Program-made: the position numbers and the translations under genes
The notes under the pieces: model-generated
What the model saw: the letters and a program-made list of their open reading frames with translations, nothing else
Databases searched by the model: none
Told to the model about the DNA's origin: nothing
Assembly: GCA_964016885.1 (NCBI GenBank)
Contig: OZ024742.1
Coordinates: forward strand, 220,348,001-220,412,000
Source: Eledone cirrhosa
Taxonomy: Eukaryota
Direction of reading: 5' to 3'
DNA: 64,000 nt
In this document: positions 13,164 through 26,356 of the stretch, piece by piece
Position numbering within the stretch: position 1 is the stretch's first letter
How the letters are laid out: each line of letters begins with the position of its first letter

Positions 13164-13886
13164 CTCACCCACACCGTTACATACACCCCTAGGTGCGCAC
13201 AGTACACACAGTACACACGCGCACACAACCATGACTCAACCTAAAACCTACCAACAGATTCCACAAAATCACACCCGGAATCAGCACCCAGACAGACTCC
13301 CGACGCAAGCGCATACACACACACCTGCACCCACTGGGCCACGTACACACATACACACACACACACCATTACACAACACTAAAGAAATACACATATCTGT
13401 TCACGTACACACGCAGCCATTTATATATCAATCAAAATCAAGCTGCATATTCAACACTAAAGCTATACACACAAACCCTCAGGCCGGTATAATGACATCA
13501 ATCCAATTGCTGCACAAAAACGACAACACCCACCCGAGTACCCCCTTATAGTCATTTCCTCTACTTTCTATGCAGCCAGATCTGCCCTTCTTTCCCACTG
13601 CCCCCCCCCCCCCCTTCCCTTTTTTTCTCATTACTTAATTTTGTTTTTATCTTTCTTTTTCATATTTAAGTAATTATCAATAGTTTGAAGTCAACATTGT
13701 GAGTGAAACACGTATTGAGAATAAACATAATACAGGGAAAAGAAACACTAACCAAACATATTGATATCCATCCACCCCTTCACATGCACACACAGGCACA
13801 CATTGTAACCATAGGTCAACTACATTGCGCAACAAATAAATACAAAATATCAATACTCTCTCTTTCACACACACACACACACACAC

Positions 13887-14038
13887 GCCCACACATGCAC
13901 ACTCGCAGGTACGGACAAACCCACATCCATACAAGCATATACAGTTCCACACACACACACACACACACACACGCGCGCGCCCACACATGCACACTCACAG
14001 GTACGGACAAACCCACATCCATACAAGCATATACAGTT

Positions 14039-14076
<38 letters not shown>

Positions 14077-14138
14077 GCGCCCACACATGCACACTCGCAG
14101 GTACGGACAAACCCACATCCATACAAGCATATACAGTT

Positions 14139-14176
<38 letters not shown>

Positions 14177-14238
14177 GCGCCCACACATGCACACTCGCAG
14201 GTACGGACAAACCCACATCCATACAAGCATATACAGTT

Positions 14239-14276
<38 letters not shown>

Positions 14277-14338
14277 GCGCCCACACATGCACACTCGCAG
14301 GTACGGACAAACCCACATCCATACAAGCATATACAGTT

Positions 14339-14376
<38 letters not shown>

Positions 14377-14472
14377 GCGCCCACACATGCACACTCGCAG
14401 GTACGGACAAACCCACATCCATACAAGCATATACAGTTCCACACACACACACACACACACACACACGCGCGC
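13887..14472. repeat. ~100-bp minisatellite, 6 near-identical units containing (CA)n
   Basis: Unit gcccacacatgcacactcgcaggtacggacaaacccacatccatacaagcatatacagttcc(ac)n-gcgc at 13887, 13979, 14079, 14179, 14279 and 14379. Confidence 0.95.
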
Positions 14473-15019
14473 ACCAACAATATTTCGTTGCACACGCATG
14501 CTAACACCTGGCTCACACACTCCATATAGTACTCGTGAACAACGTTGCAATTCTTACCAAACTAACAACATTCACCCATACACTTGCATAAATAAATATA
14601 CACTGAACGTTATACATAAATTTGCTTACCATTTAGAATAATGGACACATAAGCTTCACTGCAAAACATACCAATAACTCCCCTCTACACGCATTCTAAT
14701 ACACATGCACACGCAACCTCATATACTAACATACCCTAGCAGTAGACTTTTTTCTAAAATATATACACATACGCCCGTAATACAACACAGAAATAAGTTT
14801 TGGCACAACGTTCACCACCGCACACCATAACAAATATAACAAACTTGGTAACAAACACACACACTCGAAGCAAAAGCAACTATTCCGACCAGCCGGTCAG
14901 TGATCATATAAGAAAACTAAAAAAAAGCCCCAACCCCTCAGTGGTGCCTGGCTTAACACAGTTCCCTCACTCGCGACTGGTACTCACCTGGACAGGGACT
15001 TCTTGTAAAGTAGTGTTTC

Positions 15020-15580
15020 CCTGAGGATCAGCCTCCACATCTGGAGCCTCAGAAATGTCGTTGCGATACCACTGAGGATCCTCTCGGTCTCCACCCACTG
15101 TCATGCCATTACAGTGCTGGCCGTCTCGTACACCATACTGCTCTCAACGAGATCATAAAGCATGGCCTGGATGGCACAGACTTCTCTTCCCAGCTCAAAG
15201 CCAGTAGGGTTGGGCCGAGGGAGGAGACGGCAAAAGTCAAGACGGCATAACAATATCCCCGTTCTGCGGGGGTAGGCCACTCAACTGCGATGCCACGTGC
15301 TGTGACACCTACTCAAGTGACAACCTGGTGCGTTCGGCTATCAGTCCAGGCAATGTTGGCCATCAAGCTAAAAAAGGCAAACTGTCCAATTATCAGCCGC
15401 TCTCAGATAAGTTTGTGGTGGAGTCTGTAACAGTGGAGACCTCTGGGGTCCCTACTTACTGCTATCGGGGTGGAGTTGGCCGCCCGCATGTGCAAGCCCC
15501 AATAGGTGGAGTGTCTGTTTCAGTGCGTCTCCCTCGCTGTCTTCCGGAGCAATGTAGTCTCCATCCTGTCGGCCGGAACC
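15020..15580 (+). mobile_element. CRE-clade non-LTR retrotransposon 3' fragment (Zn-knuckle + restriction-like endonuclease)
   Basis: CRCD..EDPLGLHPLSC…GRL.HHTALNEII…DGKSQDGITISPF…DATCCDT…VETSGV. Confidence 0.8.
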
Positions 15581-15731
15581 AGTGGCAGAGGGTAAGTTAG
15601 TTAGAAGTGGAGGATACTCGTTCGAACGTCACTTCAACAACTAAAGTATATTTACATATGAAGTACTTCTGTTGTTTACTTATCATATTCATTGTATGTC
15701 GGTACTTTTGTTGACTAGCATATATAATATA

Positions 15732-16416
15732 CTAGCATTAAAGCCCGGCGTTGCTCGGGGTCATTAAGTTACCAAAGTTAGGTTGCACCACCCATTTTAT
15801 GGCAGCACTTTTTTGTCTGCCAGGCACTGGGTGAATGAATTGCAGACCTGGAAGCAGGAGCTGCGCCAGCAGTGACAATTGTAGTTTCGCCTATGGATAT
15901 TATCTCTGTGCAAAAAAGTGTTGAAATTTATTGTTTCACAGTACTTGCGCAACACGCGCGTAGACGATGCCAGCCGAACAACAGAGCTGCGAGGGAGTTG
16001 TTCTGCATGGTTGTCTGTGTGTTTTCTAAATTTAAGACAGTAGGGAGGGTTGTGATATGAGGGAGAGTTAGCTGTTGTTTCTAGCAGGTTTAGTGACCTC
16101 ATAGAGGATATGTGTTTTCTAAATTTAAGACAGTAGGGAGTGGTGTGATATGGAGGAGAGTTAGCTGCTGTTTCTAGCAGGTTTAGTGACCTCATAGAAG
16201 ATATGTTTTCTAAATTTAAGACAGTAGGGATGGGTGTGATATGGGGGAGAGTTAGCTGCTGTTTCTAGCAGGTTTAGTGACCTCATAGAAGATATGTTTT
16301 CTAAATTTAAGACAGTAGGGAGGGGTGTGATATGGGGGAGAGTTAGCTGCTGTTTCTAGCAGGTTTAGTGACCTCATAGAGGATATTATTGTTTATCATT
16401 ATCTATAAAAGGCAGA
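15732..16416 (-). mobile_element. Non-autonomous Helitron with internal ~91-bp tandem repeats (5' boundary uncertain)
   Basis: 3' hairpin + CTAG|T at 15732. Four units starting gttttctaaatttaagacagtaggga at ~16021, 16114, 16205 and 16296. Candidate A|TC start at 16416. Confidence 0.7.
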
Positions 16417-17422
16417 TTGTTGTTGTTGTTGTTGAAGTGAGTGTGTGTTTGTATGCGTTTGGAAAGGAGGTTTTTAAAAAGATTTATCGCTTGTTGTTGA
16501 ATAAATGTATCTGTTGCTTTTGAATAATTGTCGTTTCGTATGAAATGTAATAATTTGAAGTATAAAAGAGAAAGTAGCAAAATATGTGGGTTGTAGATAG
16601 AGGTAGGCAGATGATATGACAGAGTAAAACGGACAGTATCACCATCAAGCTTGGAAAGAGAAAGTAGCAGAAAGTATGAAGTTGTATAGATTTTGAATGG
16701 TAGTGGAAAGAGTTTAGCAGTTTAAATGACAGAGAATGTGGGTGAAATTGAAAAAAATTAGATGTGCCAAGACGCAATCGAAACTATTTCGAATACTGAA
16801 TTGTAAATTTCAATTGAAGAAATTCTATATCATAGATTTCTATAAGAAAGGAGCATGACCACACACTGAGCTTTATAGATTATGATACGTCTGTAACAGT
16901 ATGGGTGCAGGTCTGGGAGTGTGTGCAATTTGTTGGTGACGTCAATGCTGTTAGCTTGCTGAATTCTCTGACCTCTCCAATTGCAGCGATGGCTAAAAAA
17001 TAAATCGACATGACAGCAGAAAAACATACGCTTTGTTTTCCCTTGACAATTCAGCCCCATTTTCCTCAATCACTACATTACTACAGTATTTCAAACCCAT
17101 ATCTACAAGATAACGAAACTTACAAGCAAACACACACACACACATACGCACAAGCACACCCGCGCGCACACACACAAACACAGACACACACAAAAAAAAA
17201 ACATTCCCTGAAAATATAAAAAACAAACAATTGATGCTATAACTTTCATTAGTGACTTTTAAAGAGGTAATATCTTTTTCTTGGCCGCTTATTCACTGAC
17301 CTACACGTCAATTACCGTAAGCTCTTCCGACCCTTTCACAGCGAGTAGTTTTATCCTCATTCTGAAATTAGCTGTCGAATCGGCAAGAGCTCAGCCGTCG
17401 GGCCCCGACGCTTTCTAATCGA

Positions 17423-17474
<52 letters not shown>

Positions 17475-17475
<1 letters not shown>

Positions 17476-17665
17476 GGTGAATTGGCAGTATCGGTAGAGA
17501 GTTGGACGCTATGCTTTCTAGCATAGTTTCGTTTCTTTACGATCTGAGTTCAAATCCCGTCGAGGTTAACTTTGCCTTTCATCCTTACGGGGTCGATAAA
17601 ATAAAGTACCAGTAATGCACTGGGTAATTGCTGGCCTTGTGCCAAAAGTAGAAACAATTATTATT
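17475..17665 (+). mobile_element. Full-length tRNA-derived SINE in (ATT)n
   Basis: A box tggcagtatcggtaga, B box gagttcaaatcc, conserved central domain, 3' aaacaattattatt. Confidence 0.9.
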
Positions 17666-17746
17666 ATTATTATTCGATATAAAACTAATAGATACATTTA
17701 TGTAATCCGCTATGTGAGAGCGAGAAATCAAATTCTAATTTTGTTC

Positions 17747-17891
<145 letters not shown>

Positions 17892-17919
17892 TGTGTGTCT
17901 ATATGTATATATATATATA

Positions 17920-18278
17920 TCAGAATGGAAGCGGTAAAACCAGTTACACCAATACTCACCAGAGTACTCGATACTTGGGGGTAATAGAGTGGGTAATATG
18001 AATAATTCGGGGGAGCCCGACGAATTTAGCTGCTGAAACGGCAGGAGCTCAGCCGTTGGGGCTCCGAATGTTTCATATATATATATATATGACGAAGGAA
18101 ATGTGGTAAGGAACCAGGTGGACCATAAAGCACCAAAGTACTCAATACTTAGGGTAGTAGAGTGGGTAATAAAACGAGTAGGACCCCGACGGCTGAGCTC
18201 AAGCCGTTTCGACGGCTAATTCAGTTCAGAATTAGCCGTCGAAACGGCTTGAGCTCAGCCGTCGGGGTCCTACTCGTT

Positions 18279-18327
<49 letters not shown>

Positions 18328-18450
18328 GTTAGGATATGGAAAATTCGGGACCCCGACGGCTGAGCTCCGGCTGTTTCGACAGCTAGATCCGAACTAAGCC
18401 ACCAGTATTAGAACGGCGGGAATCTAGCTGAACTTATCAAGGGGTACAGT
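17920..18450 (-). mobile_element. Three adjacent short PLE-like inserts of one family separated by (TA)n
   Basis: 17920-18075, 18091-18280 (perfect foldback 18174-18277) and 18325-18450 share gaaacggcttgagctcagccgtcgggg. Further copies at ~17360-17410 and 38425-38616. Confidence 0.65.
18364..18444 (-). ncRNA. Degenerate hammerhead with U3-A8 core and long stem II
   Basis: UUGAUAA guu cagcuagauu…gaucuagcug uc GAAA cagc. The cleavage triplet is mutated here but UU in sister copies. Stem I is weak. Confidence 0.45.
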
Positions 18451-19002
18451 CCATATATGGGCATGCAGTCAAAGTAAAAAAAGCAGTATATACCAGATTT
18501 ACAGTGAGAGTAAGTTGAACAATTTTACACATTTTTTTTTGTTTTGTGTGTTTTGTTTAATATGCACCCTAATACCTGTTTTATCGTTCTCTCTCACTCA
18601 CCTATTGACTCGTACAAGTTGTGAAATTGATCGGTCTTATGCACGTGGTTGGTCGAAATATCTAGAATTCTAACCAGCGCACTAATTATATATCGCTGTC
18701 TAATTGCCTGTTGGCATTTAATGTCCGGAAAGGTTTTATTGCACCGTATTCGCCATGGTACTTGGCGTCTAGAGCCGAATGCTAACATTCTATTGTAAAG
18801 CGATTCGAGAAAGATTTTATCTAATAACCGATTCTTTCACTCACTTCTATCATCACGTAAATTTCTGAACCAATAGCCAATTGGTTGACGTGTAGGGATT
18901 TCAGCTACTAATGTACTACGGTGTCGCCTGTCGCATTCACTGCCATAGGCGGCACGGACTGGAATCGAATTCTGTCGATCGATTGGTTATTCATTAGGCG
19001 AG

Positions 19003-19112
19003 ACCGGCAGATGAAGCCACGTACGCCGATTGTGCATTGTTACATAATAAATGCAGACAGATGCTGTACGCTCTCTTGCTGCATTAAGAATGGCCGAAAC
19101 TTGAGTACGGGT
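19003..19112 (+). ncRNA. Hammerhead variant (CAGAUGA core) with ~80-nt structured stem II
   Basis: accgg CAGAUGA a gcca…uggc c GAAA cuugag UA cgggu, with internal helices cguac/guacg and ugcauu/aaugca. Confidence 0.55.
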
Positions 19113-19272
19113 ATAGATTTATGGTACCCATTTACGCGTGTTGTATTGAAGCAATTAACTTTGTGTCTACTCTGGGATTTTTTACATAACCTTACCTATT
19201 GAGTACGCTGAGATGCAACCGGTACTAACAGGAAAATTTACGCTAGTCCCGTCAACTTCTTCTTCTTCTTCT

Positions 19273-19830
19273 TATCACCGTGGTGGTGTCGAGCACCAGA
19301 CACGTCCAGATGCTCGGCACCGCTCTCAAGGAATACGAAGCGGTGACAGGAGCAAAGATAAACCACGAAAAGTCGGTGGGCTTGCAGCTCGGCACCTGGA
19401 GAGGCAAGTCCATGCCGTCCGACAGCGTCGTGGGGCGTTGGACGGACGGACCGGTTAAATTGCTCGGGGTCTGGTTCGGACCGGACCTCCAGATAGAGGA
19501 AAACTGGAACGAGGTGACGAGCAAGGTGGCCTCCCTCATCCAGAAATGGGGCGAGAGGAAGCTGTCCCTGAAAGGCCGGGTGGAGGTGGCGAATGCGTAC
19601 ATTGCATCCGTCATCTGCTACCGCCTCACCGTCGGCCCTTGCCCCGGCCCAACTCCCACCAAAATGGAGCGCCTCCTCTTCCGCTTTTTGTCGAAGGGAC
19701 GCGCTCCATGGTCAGACGATCCATCTGCTGTCAACACCCGTTGCGTGGAGGACTGGGCATGCCATGGCTGATGATGCACAAGCATGCGCTGAGGCTGCGA
19801 CATCTCTGGTGCTTCCTTGACTGTGAACAT
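19273..19830 (+). mobile_element. Tx1/L1-clade ORF2 internal fragment (second, diverged copy)
   Basis: TGAKINHEKSVGLQLGTWRGK…PVKLLGVWFGPDLQ…LSLKGR, paralogous to ~23665-24215. Preceded by (TTC)n. Confidence 0.9.
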
Positions 19831-21557
19831 TGACGATGCCATTTCCACCTCGCACACTGTCGTGAGTACCACGCCCACTAAGAAAAGTGGTGGAGGGAAG
19901 GTTGGGGGTACAAAGCTTGCGAAACCAAACCCGGTAAATAATACCAGCACCAACAACAAGAACAATGACAACAACACCACAACCAACAACTGCAACAATA
20001 GCAACACCAATATTACCAACAGTGACAGTAACACGAAAGACAACAACACCAAAACAACATTCGCACAGACCGTAAAAAAAACGAACTATACACGCCAATA
20101 GACATAACAAATGCTAAACAACTATTACAAGACGCAAAACAATTCGTGACTTTTGGCGAAAACGGTGCTTTTAGCATCAATTCTCCACAGGAATTACGTA
20201 GAGAGGCTGTCCTGAAAACTGTGGTTTTCAGGACAATATCGAACGTAACAAGAAAATCAGCTCAATTATCACAAAATGAAATTGAGCTGGTTCTAAAAGA
20301 CGCAATGAAGGACTTAACCTTCATACAAAAAGGTAAACTGTTTGGTAGCATTTCGGTGCTGATGAACAACCAGTCAACAGCTCAAAAGTACTCGATAGCA
20401 CCCATTGTGTCCCCCCGCTTCACCTTTTACCCCACATACAGGAGAAAAAGGACACAAAGAATAAAAATAATGAGTATCACACCAAATGTAAACATTTGGT
20501 GGATACTATGTGGAATAATAAACTTTGACGAAGACAAGATAATTTCAATAGGAAAGTCCTTCGGAGGTGTATTTGGTGGGACCACCGTAGAAGTTCTGGT
20601 GCAAATGAGCCCAGAACGAATAGCGAATATCCCACAACGCGTGCCTCTGGACGGGCTAACTTATATAAACATTTCAGTGGAGGGATTGCGGGCGTCATGT
20701 TACCACTGATTAAGCAGGGGTCACCTGAGGGCTGCCTGTCCTCAATTAACGAGTCAAAAAAAAAAGGCTCTTCTGCCAACCCCGAACACAACAACACAAC
20801 CACCACCACCACCACCACAACAACAACAACAGGGAAAAATAACAACACAAAACACTGTTCCACCCAACCCCTCCCCACCTAAAACAAATACAAAAGCAAC
20901 CACAACAAAACCCCAAAATATACCCCTCCCCAACAACACGGAAGAGGACTCCGTATCAACGTCACCCAGTGACGACGAGGGAGAACCCTTTCAACAGGTG
21001 AAAAGGAAAAAAAAAGGCACCACATTAACAAAAATGCCACAAACACACAGCCACCAGCACAAACAGAACAAACATCACAAATAAAAAAACCCACCCCTCC
21101 CCAAAACATAACACGTACTACAAAATGCAAACACGCGCAAGAACAACAAACAAAAACAAACACAACACAACAAAAACTCTATACATACATTAACAAGAAC
21201 AATAAAACGTTGATGAAAGCGATAGAAAATAACCCTTCGGTGGAAACCGAAGGGATTACTTTCACCTACGCAGCGAACAAACCGCACCTAATGATGATTA
21301 GGGTCCCAACGGAAACCTATGTAACTTTGAAAAAGAACCATCCAATGCATGTGGGGACCAACTGCACCAAACCACATAACAGCGTTCTATTGAGATGTTT
21401 CCCCACCCCCACACCAGACACCCACACCCCACCAAACACCCTAATCCCACCACACACTGATGTCCTCACCCCACCACAAACCACCACCCCACCAAACAAC
21501 CCTTCCAACACCCCCATGGAAATTGTGCAGCCTGGTCCCCAGGAGACGAAGAGGTAA
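19831..21557 (+). pseudogene. LINE ORF1 (gag-like, zinc knuckle), disrupted
   Basis: Broken ORFs at 19817-20101, 20146-20709 and 21210-21557. C-Y-H-*-L-S-R-G-H-L-R-A-A-C is a CX2CX4HX4C knuckle with the second Cys mutated to TGA. Confidence 0.75.
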
Positions 21558-21599
21558 GTAATTTCCTTTCCTCTTCCTTGTTACCTCTTCAGCACCAAC

Positions 21600-24500
21600 A
21601 CGGCCAATATAAGAGTTGGATGTGTGAATGCACGCGGCTTGGGGATGTCCTGGAAACAGGGCAAACTCTTAAATGACCTCAGGTCGCACAGAGTGGATGT
21701 AATGGTTATTTGCGAGTCCAGGATCAGCAGCGAGCGCCAACTGGCCCCCATCTTCGACGACTTTGAGATCTACGCATCTCTCTGTCAGCCGAGGGGTGGG
21801 GGTGGGGTTGTCGTTCTGCTGCGAAAATACCTGGGTCTTGCCACACAGAAGGTACACCTGGACCCGGAGGGTCGACTGGTGGTTTTAGACGTCGGCAGTG
21901 GTGAAGGTGGAGCTTTCAGGCTGGTGGCAGCGTATGCCCCATCTGGGACACCGCGACCGGACTTCTTCCGACGCCTGGAGAATTTCCTGGGAACGTCTCG
22001 CTCCTTGCTTTTAGTGGGGACTGGAATGGTATCCTGGATGCACGTTGGGACTATGTAGGGGCATGTCCCGATAGAGGGGGGTGTAACAGCCTCAAACGAT
22101 TAATCGGCCGATTTGATCTGGCCGATAGATATCGACTGGATTTTCCGACTGTGCCACGGTGGACGTGGAGTAATCGCAGCGGAACATCCAGGTCGTACCT
22201 AGATAGGTTCCTAGTTAGAAATAAGGATAGGGACATATTAAGCTGTCCACGAATGTTCATGGTTGACTATTCGGATCACAAGTTGTTGACCGGAGTGGTC
22301 AACCTTGATAGAACTCATAGACAGGGACCCGGTTACTGGAAGCTAAACTTGTCTTTACCGACAAACAAAGCTTACAGTAAGCGGATTAGCACACTAGTTA
22401 AGCAGCGTTTGACGGGGGCAATTGTCAACAACAGGTGGTGGGGCTCTATCAAGAGAGAAATTAGAATAGAATCGATAGGTTTTAGTCGGGAATTAGCATC
22501 AGATAGGAATAGAACTGAAAGGGAATTAACAAATAGAGTAGAAGAGGCGATTAGGAGTGGCAACGTGGCCGGCGTGCTGGCGTCAAGAACGGCCCTAGAC
22601 CAGTTCTTTGATGCGAAGCACGAGGGCTGCGTTGTCAGGAGTAAAATACGTGCTCTGGGTAACGAGGGAGCCAAAGCTGTTAGCTGGGCCCGAGTGACAG
22701 AGGCAAAAAGTGGAAACAAGTCCACGATTCGGTCTTTGAAGGACCATGATGGACGCGTGATCCTTGAACCTGAGCGGATGAGCGCGGCCTTTCAACGGCG
22801 CTTTGCACGACTGTTCGGGAGGGGCGGCGGGCCGGGTGGGGCCATGGATTTCGGTCCATACCTCGACGGTCTGGCGCGGCTCTCGGACGGGGAGGCGAAG
22901 TCCTGCGAGAGGCCGATTTCAGCCGCTGAAATAGGGGAAGCGCTGAGCCAATGCGGCAAACGCAAATCTCCGGGTCTCGATGGTCTACCATACGAACTTT
23001 ATGTAGCGATGCCGGGCTTGTTCTCCGGTCTCCTCGAGGCGGTCTACTGCAACTGGCAACAGAATGGGAGAATTCCCAGTTCTGTGACCAAGGGCGTAGT
23101 CACGCTGGTGAGGAAGGACGAGAACAAGGAGGGTGACATAGATAACTTCAGGCCCATAACTCTGCTAGACACAGAGTTAAAGATATTGGCCAAGGTGTTA
23201 GCGAAGAGGTTGGCGCTTGTCGTCGGGAACCTGGTGGGAGAAGCGCAGACATGCGCAATCCCGTCCAGGTCCATACACGACAAACTCCACCTCATGCGAT
23301 ACATCGTAGAGAGGGTAGGGAACGAACCCGGCTTTGCTGGGGCCCTGATCAACTTGGATCAATCTAAAGCGTTCGATAGGGTTGACCATCGGTACCTGGA
23401 TGCGGTGCTCGCGGCGGCAGGCTTCGGACCCGTTTTCAGGGGCTGGATTGCTGCAATGCACAACAGCAACACCTGCTCGAGGGTCAAGGTGAACGGCTAC
23501 CTCTCGGAGCCGTTCCAAATCACGCGATCCATTCGACAGGGATGCCCTCTCTCCTCCCTCCTGTACGTGTTGGCTCTCGAGCCACTACTGAGGAAGCTGG
23601 AGCTGTTGCAGGGCATCCCCTTGGAACCGGGATTGCGGAAAGCGGTGTCGGCCTACGCCGATGACGTGACAGTAATGGTGTCGTGCGCCTCGGAAATCGG
23701 GCAGATCGGCACCTTACTGGAGGAATATGAAAGGTTCACAGGAGCGAAGCTGAACCGGGACAATCCGTCGGTTTGCAACTCGGGACGTGGAGGGGCAAAA
23801 CGATGCCCTCCGACGGCATCGTCGGACGCTGGACGGAGGGACCGGTGAAGCTGCTCGGGGTCTGGTTCGGACCGGACCTCCAGGTGGAGAAAAACTGGGA
23901 CGAGGTAACGGGAAAGGTGTTTGCACTCGCCCAGAAGTGGGCCGAGTGCAAACTATCCATGAAAGGTCGAGCGGAGGTGGCGAACGCTTATATTGCGTCC
24001 GTCATCTACTACCGCTTGACCGTCGTGCCTTGCCCAGAGAAAACACTCGCCAAAATGGAGCGCGCGCTCTTCCGATTTCTTTGGAAGAAGCGGGCTCCTT
24101 TGGTGAGAAGATCCATCTGCTGTCAACACCCTTCGAACGGAGGGCTGGTGATGCCGTGGCTGACGATGCGTAGACACGCATTAAGGCTACGGCACCTCCA
24201 GGTATTCCTCACCGGTCAGCCGGTATGGGCCCTGTTTGTGAGGCGAGCCTTTCCGAGACTCGTCTCACTCACCGAGCTGCAATCCTGGGTCAAGCAAAGA
24301 CCGAGAAAAGTGGGCGACTGGCACATTGAATGTGCCCAGGCGCTCACGGCCCTCTGGCAAGCGGATCCGGCAATCAGTGGAGACTCAACCTCAACATTCT
24401 ATAGAGGGTTGATGCGCAGTAAGTGCGACGACGCTCTCGGAAAGGCTCTGGGCATGGAGGAAGACGAGTTGGCCAGTCTGTTCGGTAGGACGTTTGTCCC

Positions 24501-25035
24501 GGGACCGATGGACAACTTCCAAAAGTCCCTGGCTTGGCAATGTTACCGAGGAGCTCTACCCGTTCGGGACAAGCTCTACAGACACGGGCGCCCGGGTAGG
24601 GATCCCTCGAAGAAGATCTGTCCAAGATGCGTGCGTGACGAGGAAACCGTCGCACACGCATTCGTACACTGCCGGGGCGTTGCTGACCTGTGGAGCTATG
24701 TAGAACGACTACTGTCGCGGGTGGGACCAATCCGGTTGACCACCGAGAACATTGTCACAATCAAACCGCCTCCCCCTTTCAAAAACGAAGGAGAGGCGGT
24801 TTTCCTCTGTGTGATAGCCATGGCGAAAGAAGTTGTATGGTGGACAAGGTTGAAAGGGCTGAGGTCAGACACCTATCTCTCCGGCCAACAACTGGTCTTT
24901 TTTTTCAAGTACCACTTTAGAAGAAGGATCAGAATGGAGAGAGAGGTGCTCTACCCCAGCAAGTTTTATGAAAGATGGGTGAAAGTAGCGAGAATGGCCC
25001 GAGTGAATGGGCCTTCTCTCTATATCAGCCTGTAG
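21600..25035 (+). pseudogene. LINE ORF2: AP endonuclease + reverse transcriptase + C-terminal zinc finger, 2 frameshifts
   Basis: VGCVNARGL, ICESR, YAP, SYLDR, SDH (APE); KSPGLDG, FRPITLL, LDQSKAFDRV, IRQGCPLS, YADD (RT); CPRC..ETVAHAFVHC. Frameshifts near 22020 and 23765. Confidence 0.93.
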
Positions 25036-25936
25036 GTGAGAGAGGAGAAGAATGAGAAGAGGAAGGAAGCACCCGCTCTTTGTGCTCCTGAAGAGGAGGG
25101 TTGCACATTTTTTCGGGGGGGGGGGTGCGACCCATGTCAACGCCCCTCCCTATTGAGGACATCGATTGTTAAATTTAATTTGTTATATGTTTTTTACACG
25201 TCTTTTTAAATGTATGTAAACTCCCCCCTTTGTATTTGTCCCAATCTTTGATGCCCTGGTGGCAAATAAATAGAAATATATATCTACTATTCGGAACTCT
25301 CTTCCAATCCCCCTCTCTATATCAATTAACACTAAACTCTCTCTATATATATATCTACTACGCGGAACTCTCTTCAAATTCCTCTCTCTATATCAATAAA
25401 CATCAACCCCCACTCTCTATATCTAATATGCAACACACTCTCCAAACCTTTCTCTCTATATCAATTACCATCAAACTCTCCCCCTCTCTATATCAATATC
25501 TATCTCTCCCATCTGTCTCTACACAACATGTACATAAATTGTAGCGCATATACAAATAGATGTGTTTTGGTAGTTTAGGGAGTAAAATATAATTATTATG
25601 GTGGCGGCGGGGGGATATGGCTTACCCTGGCTCTCCCAGTTCCACTGCCCCTGATATATATAAATTAACAAAGAGAAGACAAGACAACGATCGAAAGCAA
25701 AACAAAACGAAAAACAATTTGTTGAAGGGGAAACCTTAAAAATTATTGTTTTGAAAATAAAAATACAAACGAAAGACACAGAACTCCAGGTTCTTCAGCC
25801 GTTGAGATGGGTGTTGGCAATTTTGACCCCTACCAATCGTACAGCAGGTCCAACCGGGGTCACAGCGTCTGACACAAGCCAAAACGTTATCCATGGAATA
25901 AGAGACAAGATAAAACAATAACTTATAGCAATTAAG

Positions 25937-25995
<59 letters not shown>

Positions 25996-25997
<2 letters not shown>

Positions 25998-26318
25998 GTT
26001 GTCCACCAGTATTCGCGGGGGTTACGTTACTAGAGTACCTGAGAAGAGTGAAAAACTGCGAATACTGGACTTGGTCCATAAAAACGCCTATAAGCGTCAA
26101 AACATAACGTAAAATACAGACCGGCAAATGCGGTACATTGTTACTAATAATTTAGCGTTAAAAAGCGTGAAAAAATATATATTGCCACAGAAAAAGCTAT
26201 TAAAAAATCGCGGAAGATATTTACGATTCCGCGAATATACGATGGTTTCCACGAACAATTATTAGTTAGGTTATTAAGAAAATCCCGTGAATAACTGGGA
26301 CCGCGAAAGCTGGAGGTA

Positions 26319-26323
<5 letters not shown>
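25996..26323. mobile_element. Tigger-like MITE
   Basis: TA|cagttgtcc…gtacact|a; inverted paralogue of 3870-4194. Confidence 0.7.

Positions 26324-26356
<33 letters not shown>

Larger units (their letters stand above)
19831..25275 (+). mobile_element. Tx1/L1-clade LINE, near full length, decayed
   Basis: ORF1 remnant, ORF2 (APE-RT-CCHC) and a 3'UTR with AATAAA at 25265-25270. Confidence 0.92.

Noticed and set aside
13703-14641. 312-aa His/Thr-rich ORF with regular repeats (superficially CRISPR-like or a repeat protein)
   Set aside because: It is a minisatellite with identical units and no unique spacers, open in several frames.
17475-17560. tRNA gene
   Set aside because: The A/B boxes belong to a multi-copy SINE and no cloverleaf forms.
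20707-20709. In-frame TGA at a Cys position as selenocysteine
   Set aside because: The ORF has other stops and frameshifts, a single TGY>TGA mutation explains it, and no SECIS was identified.
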